From: Candidatus Uhrbacteria bacterium
Lineage (GTDB): Bacteria > Patescibacteriota > Patescibacteriia > GWA2-47-26
DNA length: 64,000 nucleotides
Direction: 5' to 3'
NCBI GenBank assembly: GCA_016187515.1
Contig: JACPJN010000008.1
Coordinates: 4,525 to 68,524, forward strand
This document shows positions 18,598 to 28,806 of this stretch, piece after piece. How positions within the stretch are numbered: position 1 is the first letter of the stretch; each line of letters starts with the position of its first letter. The notes beneath the pieces were generated by a model. That model had not been told where the DNA came from, ran no database searches, and was given only the letters and a program-made list of their open reading frames with translations. Made by a program: the position numbers and the translations under genes.

Positions 18598-20019
18598 ATG
18601 GCGTTTAAGCCCGGGGTGCACACCCCGACCATTTTTATTGTCCTTGGCGCAACCGGGGATTTGATGGCCAGAAAAGTTCTGCCCGCGCTTTTTAATTTGT
18701 TTGAGACCGGACGGCTTCCCGCGCGTTTTCAAGTAGTGGGTTTTTCGCGGCGTGAGCTCACTACCGCGGCTTTTCAGAAATATGTCGAGGATATTTTGCT
18801 GACGCATAAGGATATTCGGCCAAAACGGACGGCACGGAAGAAATTCATCAAGGCAATCCAGTATGTGCAGGGAAATTTTGATGGGGAGCGCGATTACGAG
18901 CGGCTGGCCAAAAAACTTGCGGAAATTGATAAGCAGTGGGGAATATGTTCCAGTAAATTATTTCATCTGGCGGTGCCGCCCCATCTTTATGAGACGATTC
19001 TAAAGCAGCTGGCCCGTTCCGGACTGACCAAGGGCTGCGGCCCGGATGGCGGATGGATGAAAGTGATTGTTGAAAAACCATTTGGGAAAAATTTTGAAAC
19101 CGCGGAAAAACTGGATACCCTCCTGGGAACGCTGTTTCGCGAAGGCCAGATTTACCGTATTGATCATTATCTGGGAAAGGCCATGATTCATAATATCCTG
19201 GCGTTTCGTTTTTCCAATAAGTTATTTGAAGAGGGCTGGGATCGGGATTCAATCGAGCAGATTAGGATCCGTTTGCTCGAAAATTTGGGCGTGAAAGATC
19301 GGGGCGCGTTTTATGACGGAATCGGCGCGCTTCGGGATGTTGGTCAAAATCATATGCTCCAAATGCTGGCGCTGACCACCATGGATCCGCCGCAGGAATT
19401 TAGCGCCGCGGGGATTCGCCGCAAGCGTTACGAACTCTTAAGCACTTTGCGGCCGTTTACTCGCGCGGCAATAAGAGCGCAGACCTCGCGCGGCCAGTAT
19501 CAAGGATATTCGAAAATAAAGGGAGTGGCCGCCGGATCAAAGACGGAAACATTTTTCAAAATTAACCTGGAGTTGGATGCGCCGCGCTGGAGGGGAGTGC
19601 CGATTACGCTGACGAGCGGAAAATCCATGGGTAGAAATGAAAAAGACATCACCATTGTCTTTAAGCATCCGACGCCGTGTCTGTGTCCCGCGCGCTCCCC
19701 GCATACTTTTCGCAATGAGGTGGTTTTTGAAATAGAACCCGAGGAATCAATTCGCATCCGTTTCTGGGCAAAAAAACCCGGACTGACGATGGAACTGGAG
19801 GAGCGCGAGTTTTATCTGCCGTACCATGAAAAGCGGGTGAGTCGGGTTGAAGAATACGCCAAACTCCTTTATGATTGTATTGCCGGAGACCAGACGCTTT
19901 TTGTCTCCACCGGCGAGGTACAAGCCATGTGGCGTTTTATTGATCCGATTGTGCGCGCCTGGCAAAAAAATTTAGTGCCGCTGGCGTATTATAAATCCGG
20001 TCAGCCGCCGAAATTATAA
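18598..20019 (+). CDS. zwf: Glucose-6-phosphate dehydrogenase
   Basis: GATGDLMARK, EKPFG, RIDHYLGK, RDVGQNH. Confidence 0.96.
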   Translation: MAFKPGVHTPTIFIVLGATGDLMARKVLPALFNLFETGRLPARFQVVGFSRRELTTAAFQKYVEDILLTHKDIRPKRTARKKFIKAIQYVQGNFDGERDYERLAKKLAEIDKQWGICSSKLFHLAVPPHLYETILKQLARSGLTKGCGPDGGWMKVIVEKPFGKNFETAEKLDTLLGTLFREGQIYRIDHYLGKAMIHNILAFRFSNKLFEEGWDRDSIEQIRIRLLENLGVKDRGAFYDGIGALRDVGQNHMLQMLALTTMDPPQEFSAAGIRRKRYELLSTLRPFTRAAIRAQTSRGQYQGYSKIKGVAAGSKTETFFKINLELDAPRWRGVPITLTSGKSMGRNEKDITIVFKHPTPCLCPARSPHTFRNEVVFEIEPEESIRIRFWAKKPGLTMELEEREFYLPYHEKRVSRVEEYAKLLYDCIAGDQTLFVSTGEVQAMWRFIDPIVRAWQKNLVPLAYYKSGQPPKL

Positions 20020-20031
20020 ATCCAGAACAAT

Positions 20032-20958
20032 ATGCGTAAGGAAATTGGCCTGATTGGGCTGGGAAAAATGGGAGCAGGATTGGCGCGCAATCTGCGCGGC
20101 CAGGGCTGGCAGGTGGTCGCCTTTAATCGTACGGCGCAGGTCACCCGCGCTATGGAACAAGAAGGGATTATTGGCGCCTACCATCTTGAGGGGTTGGTCC
20201 AGAAGCTAAAGGCGCCGCGGGTGGTGTGGCTCATGCTCCCCAGCGGAAAGCCGGTGGATGAGATGATCTTTGGTAAAGTTGGTCTGATACATCTCCTTTC
20301 CAAAGGTGATACAATTGTTGACGGAGCTAATTCCTATTTTAAGGATACGCAGGCGCGCTATAAAAAAATCGCCAAGACCGGAATTCGTTTTATTGATGTC
20401 GGTGTTTCCGGCGGCCCGGGAGGGGCCAGAGGCGGCGCGTGCATTATGGTCGGCGGGCCGAAAAAGTTATTTAAAGAACTTGAACCGCTGTTTCGGGACT
20501 TATCCGTGCCGGAAGGGTACGCGCATTTTGAAGGACTGGGCGCCGGACATTTTGTAAAAATGGTCCATAACGGCATTGAGTATGGCATGATGCAAGCGCT
20601 GGCCGAGGGGTTTGCGGTACTCAAGAAATCGCCATATCATATTGACCTAAAACGCGCCGCCGGTATTTACAATCGCGGTAGTGTAATTGAATCGCGTTTG
20701 GTTGGTTGGCTTAATAGCGCCTTTAAAGAATTCGGGATTGATTTAAAAGGGGTGGATGGTGCGGTCGGATATACCGGAGAAGGCGAGTGGACCGTAAAAA
20801 TCGCGAAAAAATTACAGGTCGCGGTTCCAATTCTCGAAGGATCTTTTAAGTTTAGAGTTGGATCGCAAAAAAATCCAAGTTATACCGGGAAATTGCTATC
20901 GGCGATGCGCAATCAATTCGGCGGTCATGCGCTTAAAAAAGCGCCGATACGGCATTAG
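20032..20958 (+). CDS. gnd: 6-phosphogluconate dehydrogenase (short, YqeC-type)
   Basis: IGLGKMG, GVSGG, GHFVKMVHNGIEYGMMQ, MRNQFGGH. Confidence 0.94.
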   Translation: MRKEIGLIGLGKMGAGLARNLRGQGWQVVAFNRTAQVTRAMEQEGIIGAYHLEGLVQKLKAPRVVWLMLPSGKPVDEMIFGKVGLIHLLSKGDTIVDGANSYFKDTQARYKKIAKTGIRFIDVGVSGGPGGARGGACIMVGGPKKLFKELEPLFRDLSVPEGYAHFEGLGAGHFVKMVHNGIEYGMMQALAEGFAVLKKSPYHIDLKRAAGIYNRGSVIESRLVGWLNSAFKEFGIDLKGVDGAVGYTGEGEWTVKIAKKLQVAVPILEGSFKFRVGSQKNPSYTGKLLSAMRNQFGGHALKKAPIRH

Positions 20959-20973
20959 TATAGGACATAAGAT

Positions 20974-21843
20974 ATGAAACCGGCAAATCTACGGACGAAA
21001 ATATTTCTTGATGGGGGAGATCCGGAGGAGACGCGCGAGATTATTGAGTTACTCGGATTTTTGGATGGACAAACCACTAATCCGACGCTGATTGCCAAAA
21101 ATCCGGAAGCAAAAGCGCGACTCGCGCGTGGGGGAAAATTTACGGAAAAAGAAATTTATGATTTTTATCGCGGCGTGGTAAAAGAAATATCGGTCATGAT
21201 CCCGGACGGCTCGGTGTCAATCGAGGTATACGCGGATGCTGCGACGCGTGCCGAGGATATGTTGAAGCAGGGGCGCGAATTTTTTGCGTGGGTACCCAAT
21301 GCCCATATTAAATATCCGACCACAAAAGCGGGGCTAGAAGCGGCGCAGCAGTCGGTCAAAGAGGGCCTGCGGGTGAATATGACGCTTTGTTTTTCGCAAG
21401 AACAGGCCGCAGCGGTGTATGCGGCAACACGAGGAGCCAAAAAGGGGCAAGTGTTTGTTTCGCCATTTGTAGGGCGGCTGGATGATAAGGGAGAAAACGG
21501 CATGGAGTTGATTGCCAATATTGTGCGGATGTACAAGGAAGGTGATGGACACACGGAAATTCTGACTGCCAGCGTGCGCACGCTGGAGCACTTTCTGTAT
21601 GCACTGGCGCTTAAATCTGATATAATTACTGCGCCGGCAAAAACCCTGCGCGAGTGGGCGGAAAAGGAGATGCCGGTGCCGCCGGAGGATTATGTTTATA
21701 ATGCGGGCGCACTCCAGGCGATTGCATACCAAAGCATCGCGCTGACGAAACCGTGGCAGGAATATAATATCGCGCACGCGCTTACGGATGCGGGGATTGC
21801 GAAATTTGCCGAGGATTGGAATGGATTGATAGCGAGTAAGTGA
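20974..21843 (+). CDS. tal: Transaldolase
   Basis: GQTTNPTLI, VNMTLCFS, VSPFVGRLDD, ASVR. Confidence 0.9.
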   Translation: MKPANLRTKIFLDGGDPEETREIIELLGFLDGQTTNPTLIAKNPEAKARLARGGKFTEKEIYDFYRGVVKEISVMIPDGSVSIEVYADAATRAEDMLKQGREFFAWVPNAHIKYPTTKAGLEAAQQSVKEGLRVNMTLCFSQEQAAAVYAATRGAKKGQVFVSPFVGRLDDKGENGMELIANIVRMYKEGDGHTEILTASVRTLEHFLYALALKSDIITAPAKTLREWAEKEMPVPPEDYVYNAGALQAIAYQSIALTKPWQEYNIAHALTDAGIAKFAEDWNGLIASK

Positions 21844-21880
21844 GTAAGTGAGTAAGTGAATAAGTTGTAAGTAGTAGGTT
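21833..21880. repeat. GAGTAAGT tandem tract upstream of four-helix-bundle gene
   Basis: (GAGTAAGT)n variants; complementary tract at 22248-22283. Confidence 0.8.
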
Positions 21881-22237
21881 ATGTTGGTCAAAACTTTTAA
21901 CGACATTATCGCGTGGCAGAAAGCGCATGAGCTGGCACTTGCAGTCTACAGAATTACCGAGAAGTTTCCGAAAACCGAAATCTTTGGATTAGTGAGTCAG
22001 ATGCGAAGGTGCGGGGTGTCGATCCCGTCAAATATCGCGGAAGGATTTAAAAGAAAATCAAAAAATGATTCAGTACATTTTTACAACATCGCGGAGGGAT
22101 CATTGGAAGAATTGAAGTATCAATTACTTTTGTCTTCAGATTTAGGTTATATTTCAAAGGAGGTCTATCAACAAATGAGCGCAATTGCGGACGAAACCGG
22201 TAAATTGTTGAATGGTTGGAAGAGGGCTCAAAAATGA
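21881..22237 (+). CDS. Four-helix-bundle protein (23S rRNA intervening-sequence protein family, Avd-like fold)
   Basis: AWQKAHEL, FPKTEIFGLVSQMRR, SIPSNIAEG, IAEGSLEE. Confidence 0.92.
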   Translation: MLVKTFNDIIAWQKAHELALAVYRITEKFPKTEIFGLVSQMRRCGVSIPSNIAEGFKRKSKNDSVHFYNIAEGSLEELKYQLLLSSDLGYISKEVYQQMSAIADETGKLLNGWKRAQK

Positions 22238-22287
22238 ACTGCCTCACGACTTACCCACTTACCACTTATTCACTTATACACTGATCT

Positions 22288-23247
22288 ATGATGGACCAAG
22301 CAATTCGTGATTTTCCAAAACAATTTAAGTTTCGTCTCAAGATTGAGGGCGGCAAAGTTAAAAAATATAAAAAATTTTTGGTCTGCGGCATGGGCGGTTC
22401 AGGCCAGCCGCCGCAAGTGCTCAATAGCATTGCGCCGGAGCTGGATATTGTCGTGCACAAGGATTACGGATTGCCCGCCGGGGATCTGCGAAAGACGCTG
22501 GTGATCGCAATGTCATATTCTGGAGAAACCGAGGAAACTATTTCTGCTCTTGAGGAGGCAAAAGAAAAAGGCCTGCCGGCCGCAGTCGTGGCAACCGGCG
22601 GAACGCTTATCGCGCGCGCCAAGCAGTACGGGTTTCCGTATGTGCAAATTCCCAATACCGGTATTCAGCCGCGCACCGCGACCGGCTTGTTGTATTGCGC
22701 GCTTCTAAAACTCATGAAACAGAATGAGCTGTTGCGCGCCTGCCGCGATCTTGCAAAAACGCTGGGGCGTTCCGATGAAGAAGCGCGCGGAAAAGAACTC
22801 GCGCGGACACTGCAGGGCACAGTTCCACTGATCTACGCCTCCAGCCGGAATTTTCCGTTGGCCTATATGTGGAAGATTAAGTTCAATGAGACCGGAAAAA
22901 TTCCCGCGTTTTACAATGTATTTCCGGAATTAAATCATAACGAAATGACCGCGTTTGACATTAAAGACGCCACGCGCGGACTTTCGGAAAAATTTCATTT
23001 TATATTTTTGACCGATTCTACGGATTTACAAAAGAACCAAACTCGCATGGATGTTACGACAAAACTTTACCAGGATCGGGGATTGCGCGTGAGTACGATC
23101 ATGCTTTCCGGTGAAAACCGGCAAGCGCGCGTTTTTTCCGCCCTTATTTTGGGCGATTGGACCGCATTTTATACCGCGCAGCTGTATGGGCTGGAGGCGG
23201 AACAGGTGCCAATGGTGGAGGAGTTTAAATTATTGATGAGGAATTAG
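22288..23247 (+). CDS. Bifunctional phosphoglucose/phosphomannose isomerase (SIS)
   Basis: GMGGSG, SYSGETEET, QPR, NETGK, PELNHNE. Confidence 0.9.
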   Translation: MMDQAIRDFPKQFKFRLKIEGGKVKKYKKFLVCGMGGSGQPPQVLNSIAPELDIVVHKDYGLPAGDLRKTLVIAMSYSGETEETISALEEAKEKGLPAAVVATGGTLIARAKQYGFPYVQIPNTGIQPRTATGLLYCALLKLMKQNELLRACRDLAKTLGRSDEEARGKELARTLQGTVPLIYASSRNFPLAYMWKIKFNETGKIPAFYNVFPELNHNEMTAFDIKDATRGLSEKFHFIFLTDSTDLQKNQTRMDVTTKLYQDRGLRVSTIMLSGENRQARVFSALILGDWTAFYTAQLYGLEAEQVPMVEEFKLLMRN

Positions 23248-23263
23248 TGAAAGTGTATAAACA

Positions 23264-23415
23264 GACCCCCTCTCACTCCCCCTTGAAAAGGGGTAGAAAA
23301 CGGCGGGACCCCCTCTAACTCCCCCTCGGAGAGGGGGAGAAGCGATCCGATTTCCTCCCCTTACCAAGGGGAGGTTAGGAGGGGTCTAACCGAGAGGGGG
23401 AGATCAGGAGGGGGT
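23264..23415. repeat. Nested CCCCCT/AGGGGG palindromic elements, intergenic
   Basis: Inner 80-bp element GACCCCCTCTAACTCCCCCTCGG...GGAGGTTAGGAGGGGTC (23307-23386) inside a second element; same family as metG 50735 and 58920. Confidence 0.9.
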
Positions 23416-23429
23416 GGGAGCAATTTCCT

Positions 23430-24059
23430 ATGAAAATTATCGACATTTCCGTGCCGCTCTATCCCGGCATGGCCACCTATCCGGGGGACCCCACCGTGGA
23501 ATTCAGACCGTGGCCCGGAAAGGATTGGGCGCTGACCGAGATTACTTTAGGAACGCATACCGGCACCCACGCGGATGCGCCCCGGCATGTATTTAAAAAT
23601 GGCGCGCGAATTGATGAATTGCCGCTTGAAAAATTTGTCGGCCCTTGCCGCGTACTGGATATGACCCATGTAAAGCACGCAATCGAACTGCGCGATCTCC
23701 AGGCGGCGCGGATTAAAAAAGGTGAGCGGATTCTTGTAAAAACGCGCAACTCGCTTCGGTCGCCAGAAGTGTTTCGCCCGGATTATGTGTATCTTTCCGG
23801 CGACGCAACGCAGTATCTGGCGAAATTGCCGATCACGCTTTTTGGAATTGACGCGTTTTCGGTAAAACAGCGCGGAAGCGGCGATCGGCGGCCGCATACG
23901 GTGTTGCTAAAGAAAAAGATTGTGATTTTGGAGCGGCTGGCGCTTCAGTCCGTCAAAGCCGGAGCATATTTTTTGGCGGCGCTTCCGCTTCGGTTGCGCG
24001 GATTGGACGGATCGCCGGTACGCGCGATATTACTGCAAGGAAAGGGGGTGAGCATATGA
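23430..24059 (+). CDS. Cyclase family / kynurenine formamidase-like protein
   Basis: HTGTHADAP, GID, DGSPVRA. Confidence 0.9.
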   Translation: MKIIDISVPLYPGMATYPGDPTVEFRPWPGKDWALTEITLGTHTGTHADAPRHVFKNGARIDELPLEKFVGPCRVLDMTHVKHAIELRDLQAARIKKGERILVKTRNSLRSPEVFRPDYVYLSGDATQYLAKLPITLFGIDAFSVKQRGSGDRRPHTVLLKKKIVILERLALQSVKAGAYFLAALPLRLRGLDGSPVRAILLQGKGVSI

Positions 24060-24514
24060 AAGGTCTTTTGTGTGGAAAAAGTTCCGTAAGTTGCGGAGAG
24101 TGGGGACTGCTTATACTTCGGGTGGCAGTTGGCTTGGTATTTTTTGCGCATGGGGCGCAGAAACTGCTCGGTTGGTTTGGCGGGCCGGGTATTGCCGGAA
24201 CCGCCGGTTTTCTTGGCCAGCTGGGATTTGCCGGCGCCGGATTCTGGGCTTGGGCGCTTGCGCTGGCGGAATTTTTCGGCGGCCTGGGATTGATTTTAGG
24301 ATTATGTACGGGCATTGCGGCGATTCTCCTTGGTATTGTTATGCTAGTCGCGCTCTTTACCGTGCATCTCAAAAACGGGTTTTTTGCTCCCGGCGGTATT
24401 GAATATGTGCTAGTACTGCTGGCCGCGGCTGCCGCGCTTGGTCTGGCCGGTCCGGGAAAATGGGCTCTTGGCGAGCGCCTCGGTTGTGATCGAAATAAGA
24501 ATGTGCTAAGCTAG
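24056..24514 (+). CDS. DoxX family membrane protein
   Basis: LRVAVGLVFFAHGAQKL, AEFFGG, GGIEY. Confidence 0.9.
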   Translation: MKGLLCGKSSVSCGEWGLLILRVAVGLVFFAHGAQKLLGWFGGPGIAGTAGFLGQLGFAGAGFWAWALALAEFFGGLGLILGLCTGIAAILLGIVMLVALFTVHLKNGFFAPGGIEYVLVLLAAAAALGLAGPGKWALGERLGCDRNKNVLS

Positions 24515-24523
24515 GGTTGCGCT

Positions 24524-25051
24524 ATGGAACCGCATATTATCAGCAAAAAAGCCATTGCGTTTTTGCGCAATCTGGTTTTTGGCGTAGAAGACAGTTTGGT
24601 GTCCACCGTGGGCCTGCTTTCCGGAATTGCCGTGGCCGGAACTTCGCGCGACACGATTTTCCTTACCGGGGTAGTGCTTATTTTTGTGGAGGCGTTTTCC
24701 ATGGGGGTGGGCAGTTTTATCTCGGAGCATGCGGTAGAAAGCTATGCCAGCAAAGAAAGCAAATCGAATGCCGATCACAGCCATACAAAACTCGGGGGGA
24801 TTGTGATGTTTTTCTCATATTTTGTAGCTGGCTTTATCCCGTTGTTTCCCTATATGGTCACCGAGGTTAAACGCGCTTTCCCATTTTCTATCCTGATTTC
24901 ACTGTTGGCGCTTTTTGGACTCGGAATTTTGACCGGTAAACTGTTTCGTCTTAATATCTGGTCCCGCGGTTGGCAAATGCTGATCCTGGGCGGGATCGCC
25001 ATTGCGCTCGGCATCATCGTTGGAAAAGGCGTGGAAGTATTTCTTGGGTAG
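24524..25051 (+). CDS. VIT1/CCC1 family transporter
   Basis: VFGVEDSLVST, AFSMGVGSF, GFIPLFPY. Confidence 0.88.
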   Translation: MEPHIISKKAIAFLRNLVFGVEDSLVSTVGLLSGIAVAGTSRDTIFLTGVVLIFVEAFSMGVGSFISEHAVESYASKESKSNADHSHTKLGGIVMFFSYFVAGFIPLFPYMVTEVKRAFPFSILISLLALFGLGILTGKLFRLNIWSRGWQMLILGGIAIALGIIVGKGVEVFLG

Positions 25052-25062
25052 GTTTAAGGATT

Positions 25063-26886
25063 ATGACTGCAACTGAAGATATCAAGGCCCGCCTTGATAT
25101 CGTTGACGTTATCAATACTTACGTTCCCCTTAAACGCGCCGGAGTAAATTTCTCCGGCCGCTGTCCTTTTCATTCGGAAAAAACCCCCTCCTTCATGGTT
25201 TCGCGATCCAAACAGCTTTGGTATTGTTTTGGCGCGTGCAGTGAGGGCGGCGATATTTTCAAATTTGTAATGAAGATGGAGGGGCTGGAATTTTTGGAAG
25301 CGCTGAAATTGCTGGCGGATAAAGCCGGAGTGGTCTTGCCCAAATATGACCGCGCGCGAGACGCGCGGCGCAATGTGCTTTTGGATATCGTAAAAACCGC
25401 CGTAGAGATATACGCGCGCGAACTGAACAGTCCGCGCGGAAATTTTGCCCTTGAATATCTGAAGCGGCGCGGATTAGACCAAGCCGTAACCCGTCAGTTT
25501 GCGCTGGGGTACGCGCCGGATACCTGGGATACGCTTACCAAAGCGCTTTTGGAGAAATTTAAACCCGCGGATATCCTGGCCTCTGGAGTGGTAATCAAGA
25601 GTGAGCGCAACCAGGGCTTATATGATCGGTTTCGCCATCGGCTAATGTTTCCAATTTGCGATATTCATGGCAATCCGGTTGGATTTACCAGCCGGATTCT
25701 TGATGAGACCAGAAAGGAGGGGAAATATGTCAATACGCCGGAGACCCTGATATACAGCAAGGGTAAGGTTCTTTATGGGCTTAATCTGGCCCGCGAGGCG
25801 ATTCGCGCGCAGGACTGCGCGATGGTGGTGGAAGGAAACATGGATGTAATCGCTTGCCATCAATTCGGCATTGCTAATGTCGTCGCCTCCTCCGGCACGG
25901 CGCTTACGATTGACCAAGCTCGGCTGCTTAAGCGTTATACGCAGAATTTAAAAATTGCGTTTGACGCGGATCCGGCCGGGCAAAGCGCGGCCCGGCGCGG
26001 CATTGACGTGATCTTGCAGGAAGGCATGCGGGTCAAGATTATTACATTTCCGGAGGGGTGCGGCAAGGATCCGGACGAGTGCATCCGGAAGAGTAAGCCG
26101 GTTTTTGAAAGCGCGGTTTTAGAAGCCCGGGAGATTATGGAATATTATATCACGCGAGCGCTGGGTCAGTATGATATTAAAGGGGCCGAGGGACAATCGA
26201 AGTTTGCCAATCTAATGCTGCGCGAGATTCTCAAAGTAACGGACCTTATTGAGCAGGATTTTTGGTTAAAACGCATTGCGGAAATTTGCAAGGCCGATGA
26301 AAAAGTACTGCGCGCGCAACTGGCGCGTTTGAACACCCCGCCGTTGCGCGGATCCAGAAATGCTTCCGCGGAAGTATTGCCGAGTGCGGTTCGTCCGCCA
26401 AAAGCGCGGCTGGAACTTTTGTCCGAGCGAATTCTCGCGATATTTTTGCTTTCGCCGCAAGCGGCCGCGGATGGGCTGGCCTTGATCACCGCGGAGATGC
26501 TGGCGCCCCAGGTCTTGCGGGAACTTTACACCCGAGTTACTTTAGGATATAATGCGTATAATTCAATACCCAGGTCAGGCAATGCCGACCTAAACTTCCG
26601 CCAGTTTTGGCGAAATTGGGCCATAAAAGAGCCCCCCGACATTTTATCCACAGCCGATATCCTCGAACTCCTTGCGGATAAGGAGTTTGAAGGATGGTCT
26701 TTGCTTCAATTGAAGCACGAGGCAGAATTTATTATTGAAGAGGTGCGCCGCGAATATACCAAAGTTCGGCGGGCGAAACTGCGCGAGGCGATGAGTCAGG
26801 CCGAGCGTTTTGGCAATCATGCTCGCGCGGCAGAGCTTGCGCGGGAATTTAATGTGTTGCAAGCGGATACCACGAATAAAACGTAG
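25063..26886 (+). CDS. dnaG: DNA primase
   Basis: [48 protein letters not shown]. Confidence 0.97.
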   Translation: MTATEDIKARLDIVDVINTYVPLKRAGVNFSGRCPFHSEKTPSFMVSRSKQLWYCFGACSEGGDIFKFVMKMEGLEFLEALKLLADKAGVVLPKYDRARDARRNVLLDIVKTAVEIYARELNSPRGNFALEYLKRRGLDQAVTRQFALGYAPDTWDTLTKALLEKFKPADILASGVVIKSERNQGLYDRFRHRLMFPICDIHGNPVGFTSRILDETRKEGKYVNTPETLIYSKGKVLYGLNLAREAIRAQDCAMVVEGNMDVIACHQFGIANVVASSGTALTIDQARLLKRYTQNLKIAFDADPAGQSAARRGIDVILQEGMRVKIITFPEGCGKDPDECIRKSKPVFESAVLEAREIMEYYITRALGQYDIKGAEGQSKFANLMLREILKVTDLIEQDFWLKRIAEICKADEKVLRAQLARLNTPPLRGSRNASAEVLPSAVRPPKARLELLSERILAIFLLSPQAAADGLALITAEMLAPQVLRELYTRVTLGYNAYNSIPRSGNADLNFRQFWRNWAIKEPPDILSTADILELLADKEFEGWSLLQLKHEAEFIIEEVRREYTKVRRAKLREAMSQAERFGNHARAAELAREFNVLQADTTNKT

Positions 26887-26960
26887 CGGCGGCAAAAGCA
26901 CCGCATAAGCGCGGGGTAACTTTTTGTTTTGATTTTTTAATCGGGGTTCTACTATTGGGT

Positions 26961-28124
26961 ATGGTTAAAAAGAAAAGCACTAAGCAAAAAAAAGTCCCGG
27001 CGAAAAAACTCGGACGCCGGCCAAAAGTCCTGCCGCCCTCCGAAGCGGTGATCGCGCACGCGGTCGCGAAGGCGCGCCTGCGCGGGTTTATTACAGAAAC
27101 CGAATTGCTTTACGTGTTTACGGACTTGGAAGAATACCTGGCGGTCTATGAGGCGTTTTTGGATCGCCTGGACGAGCAGGGAATTATTGTGGTGGAGACG
27201 CGCGAGTCGCTGCTGGGGGCGCGTCCCCAGCAGGTCCCGGGCGCGCCCGCTATTCCAAAATTATCCGGAAAAGGGACGGTGGTAACCGACGCCGGCGAAA
27301 TAATGACTGATTCGGTTCAGGTGTATCTTCGAGAAATCGGCAAGATCCCGCTTTTAACTTCGGAAGAGGAAGTGGCGTTGGCGAAAAGAAAGGAACGCGG
27401 GGAAAAAGAGGCGGAGAAGCGGCTGATTGAGGCAAATTTGCGCTTAGTAGTATCGATCGCGAAAAAATTCGTGGGGAAAAGTCTTTCACTTTTAGATCTT
27501 ATTCAAGAGGGCAATGTGGGACTTTTTCGAGCGGTCCGAAAATTTGAATATCGCAAAGGATACAAATTCTCCACTTACGCGACTTGGTGGATTCGCCAAG
27601 CGATCACGCGCGCGCTCGCCGATCAATCGCGCACCATTCGAATCCCGGTGCACATGGTGGAGACGATCAACCGGTTTCAGACGATTGAGCGGCAGTTGAT
27701 TCAAGACCTTGGACGCGAACCGCTTCCCGAGGAAATCGCGGCCGAAATGGGCGAATCGGTGGAAAAGATCAATTACATTATTAAAATCTCGCAGGACACC
27801 GTCTCCTTGGAGACCTCGGTGGGGGATGATGAAGAGGATTCCACTTTGCTGGATTTTCTTGAAGATGTGCGGACGGTTGCGCCGGATCGTTCAGCCGCCC
27901 AGCAATTGCTGCGCGACTATGTTAAGGCGGCGATTTACGATCTTAGTTCGCGCGAGCAGAAAATTTTGGAGATGCGTTTTGGACTAACGGACGGCGTAAC
28001 CCATACGCTTGAAGAAGTCGGTCGGGAGTTTGACGTAACCCGCGAACGCATCCGTCAAATTGAGGCCAAAGCGCTTGACAAAATCCGCGGACACGCTATG
28101 CTGGAGAAGTTGAAAGATTACTAG
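26961..28124 (+). CDS. rpoD: RNA polymerase primary sigma factor
   Basis: [43 protein letters not shown]...[10 protein letters not shown]. Confidence 0.97.
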   Translation: MVKKKSTKQKKVPAKKLGRRPKVLPPSEAVIAHAVAKARLRGFITETELLYVFTDLEEYLAVYEAFLDRLDEQGIIVVETRESLLGARPQQVPGAPAIPKLSGKGTVVTDAGEIMTDSVQVYLREIGKIPLLTSEEEVALAKRKERGEKEAEKRLIEANLRLVVSIAKKFVGKSLSLLDLIQEGNVGLFRAVRKFEYRKGYKFSTYATWWIRQAITRALADQSRTIRIPVHMVETINRFQTIERQLIQDLGREPLPEEIAAEMGESVEKINYIIKISQDTVSLETSVGDDEEDSTLLDFLEDVRTVAPDRSAAQQLLRDYVKAAIYDLSSREQKILEMRFGLTDGVTHTLEEVGREFDVTRERIRQIEAKALDKIRGHAMLEKLKDY

Positions 28125-28154
28125 AATGCGGAGCAGTGGCGAAGAACAGCGAAT

Positions 28155-28259
28155 TCCGGGGTGGCGCAGCGGTAGCGTACGCCTTGGGCGGGAGTCGTGC
28201 CTGTCCGCCTCTGGCGGAGGTTCTGCGCCTTAGGCGCACTCGCCTATGGCGAGGAATCC
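28155..28259 (+). pseudogene. Degenerate tRNA-Asn copy interrupted by four CGCC-NNN-GGCG hairpins
   Basis: 23-nt exact match to tRNA 5' end, then collinear GTCGTG, GGTTC, GAATCC fragments. Confidence 0.75.
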
Positions 28260-28292
28260 TTACGTCGTGTATAAATATATCGAGTTTCAGGC

Positions 28293-28364
28293 TCCGGGGT
28301 GGCGCAGCGGTAGCGCAGCTCCCTGTTAAGGAGTTGGTCGTGGGTTCGAATCCCACCCCCGGAG
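28293..28364 (+). tRNA. tRNA-Asn (GTT)
   Basis: Acceptor TCCGGGG/CCCCGGA, anticodon arm CTCC-CTGTTAA-GGAG, T arm GTGGGTTCGAATCCCAC; CCA not encoded. Confidence 0.95.
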
Positions 28365-28377
28365 CCTGAAACTTACT

Positions 28378-28479
28378 ATGTTCCATGTATATATCATCCA
28401 AAATCTTACTCGTGGTACGCGTTATGTGGGTAGTGCCGAGGATGAGGAATCCCACTCTCGGAGGCATAGTGAGAATTAA
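28378..28479 (+). pseudogene. Truncated GIY-YIG nuclease
   Basis: MFHVYIIQNLTRGTRYVGSAED matches the VYI...YVG N-terminus; stops after 33 codons. Confidence 0.6.
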
Positions 28480-28580
28480 ATTTCAATATTCTTCACTCGA
28501 CCCCCAAGCCCAACCGGGCTGATTTTTGTTTTTGAGGTGGTAGAGTGGGGGAATATGTTTGAAATACAAAACAAAGTGCA

Positions 28581-28752
28581 TTCTGCAATTCTGCGGAATC
28601 GCAGACCAAGAGGTGGGGAGGTGGGGGTCAACTCAATATCACCACCGCATCCCCCAAATGTCATCCCCGAGCGGCATCGGGGATCCAGTCAATTTCCCCT
28701 CTCCGACCGAGGTCGGAGGGATTAAGGCCTGCCTGCGCAGGCAGGGGTGGTT
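28581..28752 (+). repeat. Long island repeat L, copy 1
   Basis: GAATCGCAGACC.AGAGGTGGGGAGGTG.GGGTCAACTCAAT...GTCATCCCCGA...GGGGATCCAGTCAATTTCCCCTCTCCGACCGAGGTCGGAGGGATTAAG. Confidence 0.93.
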
Positions 28753-28806
28753 TTACTGCTCAAAGAGGGTTTACTTCAATGCTAAAAAGTGGTAGGATGG
28801 GGGAAT

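Noticed and set aside
21881-22237. Diversity-generating retroelement Avd
   Set aside because: No reverse transcriptase and no TR/VR pair differing at adenines seen.
28155-28364. Intron-containing or split tRNA
   Set aside because: A complete uninterrupted tRNA is present at 28293-28364; the upstream part is a degenerate duplicate.
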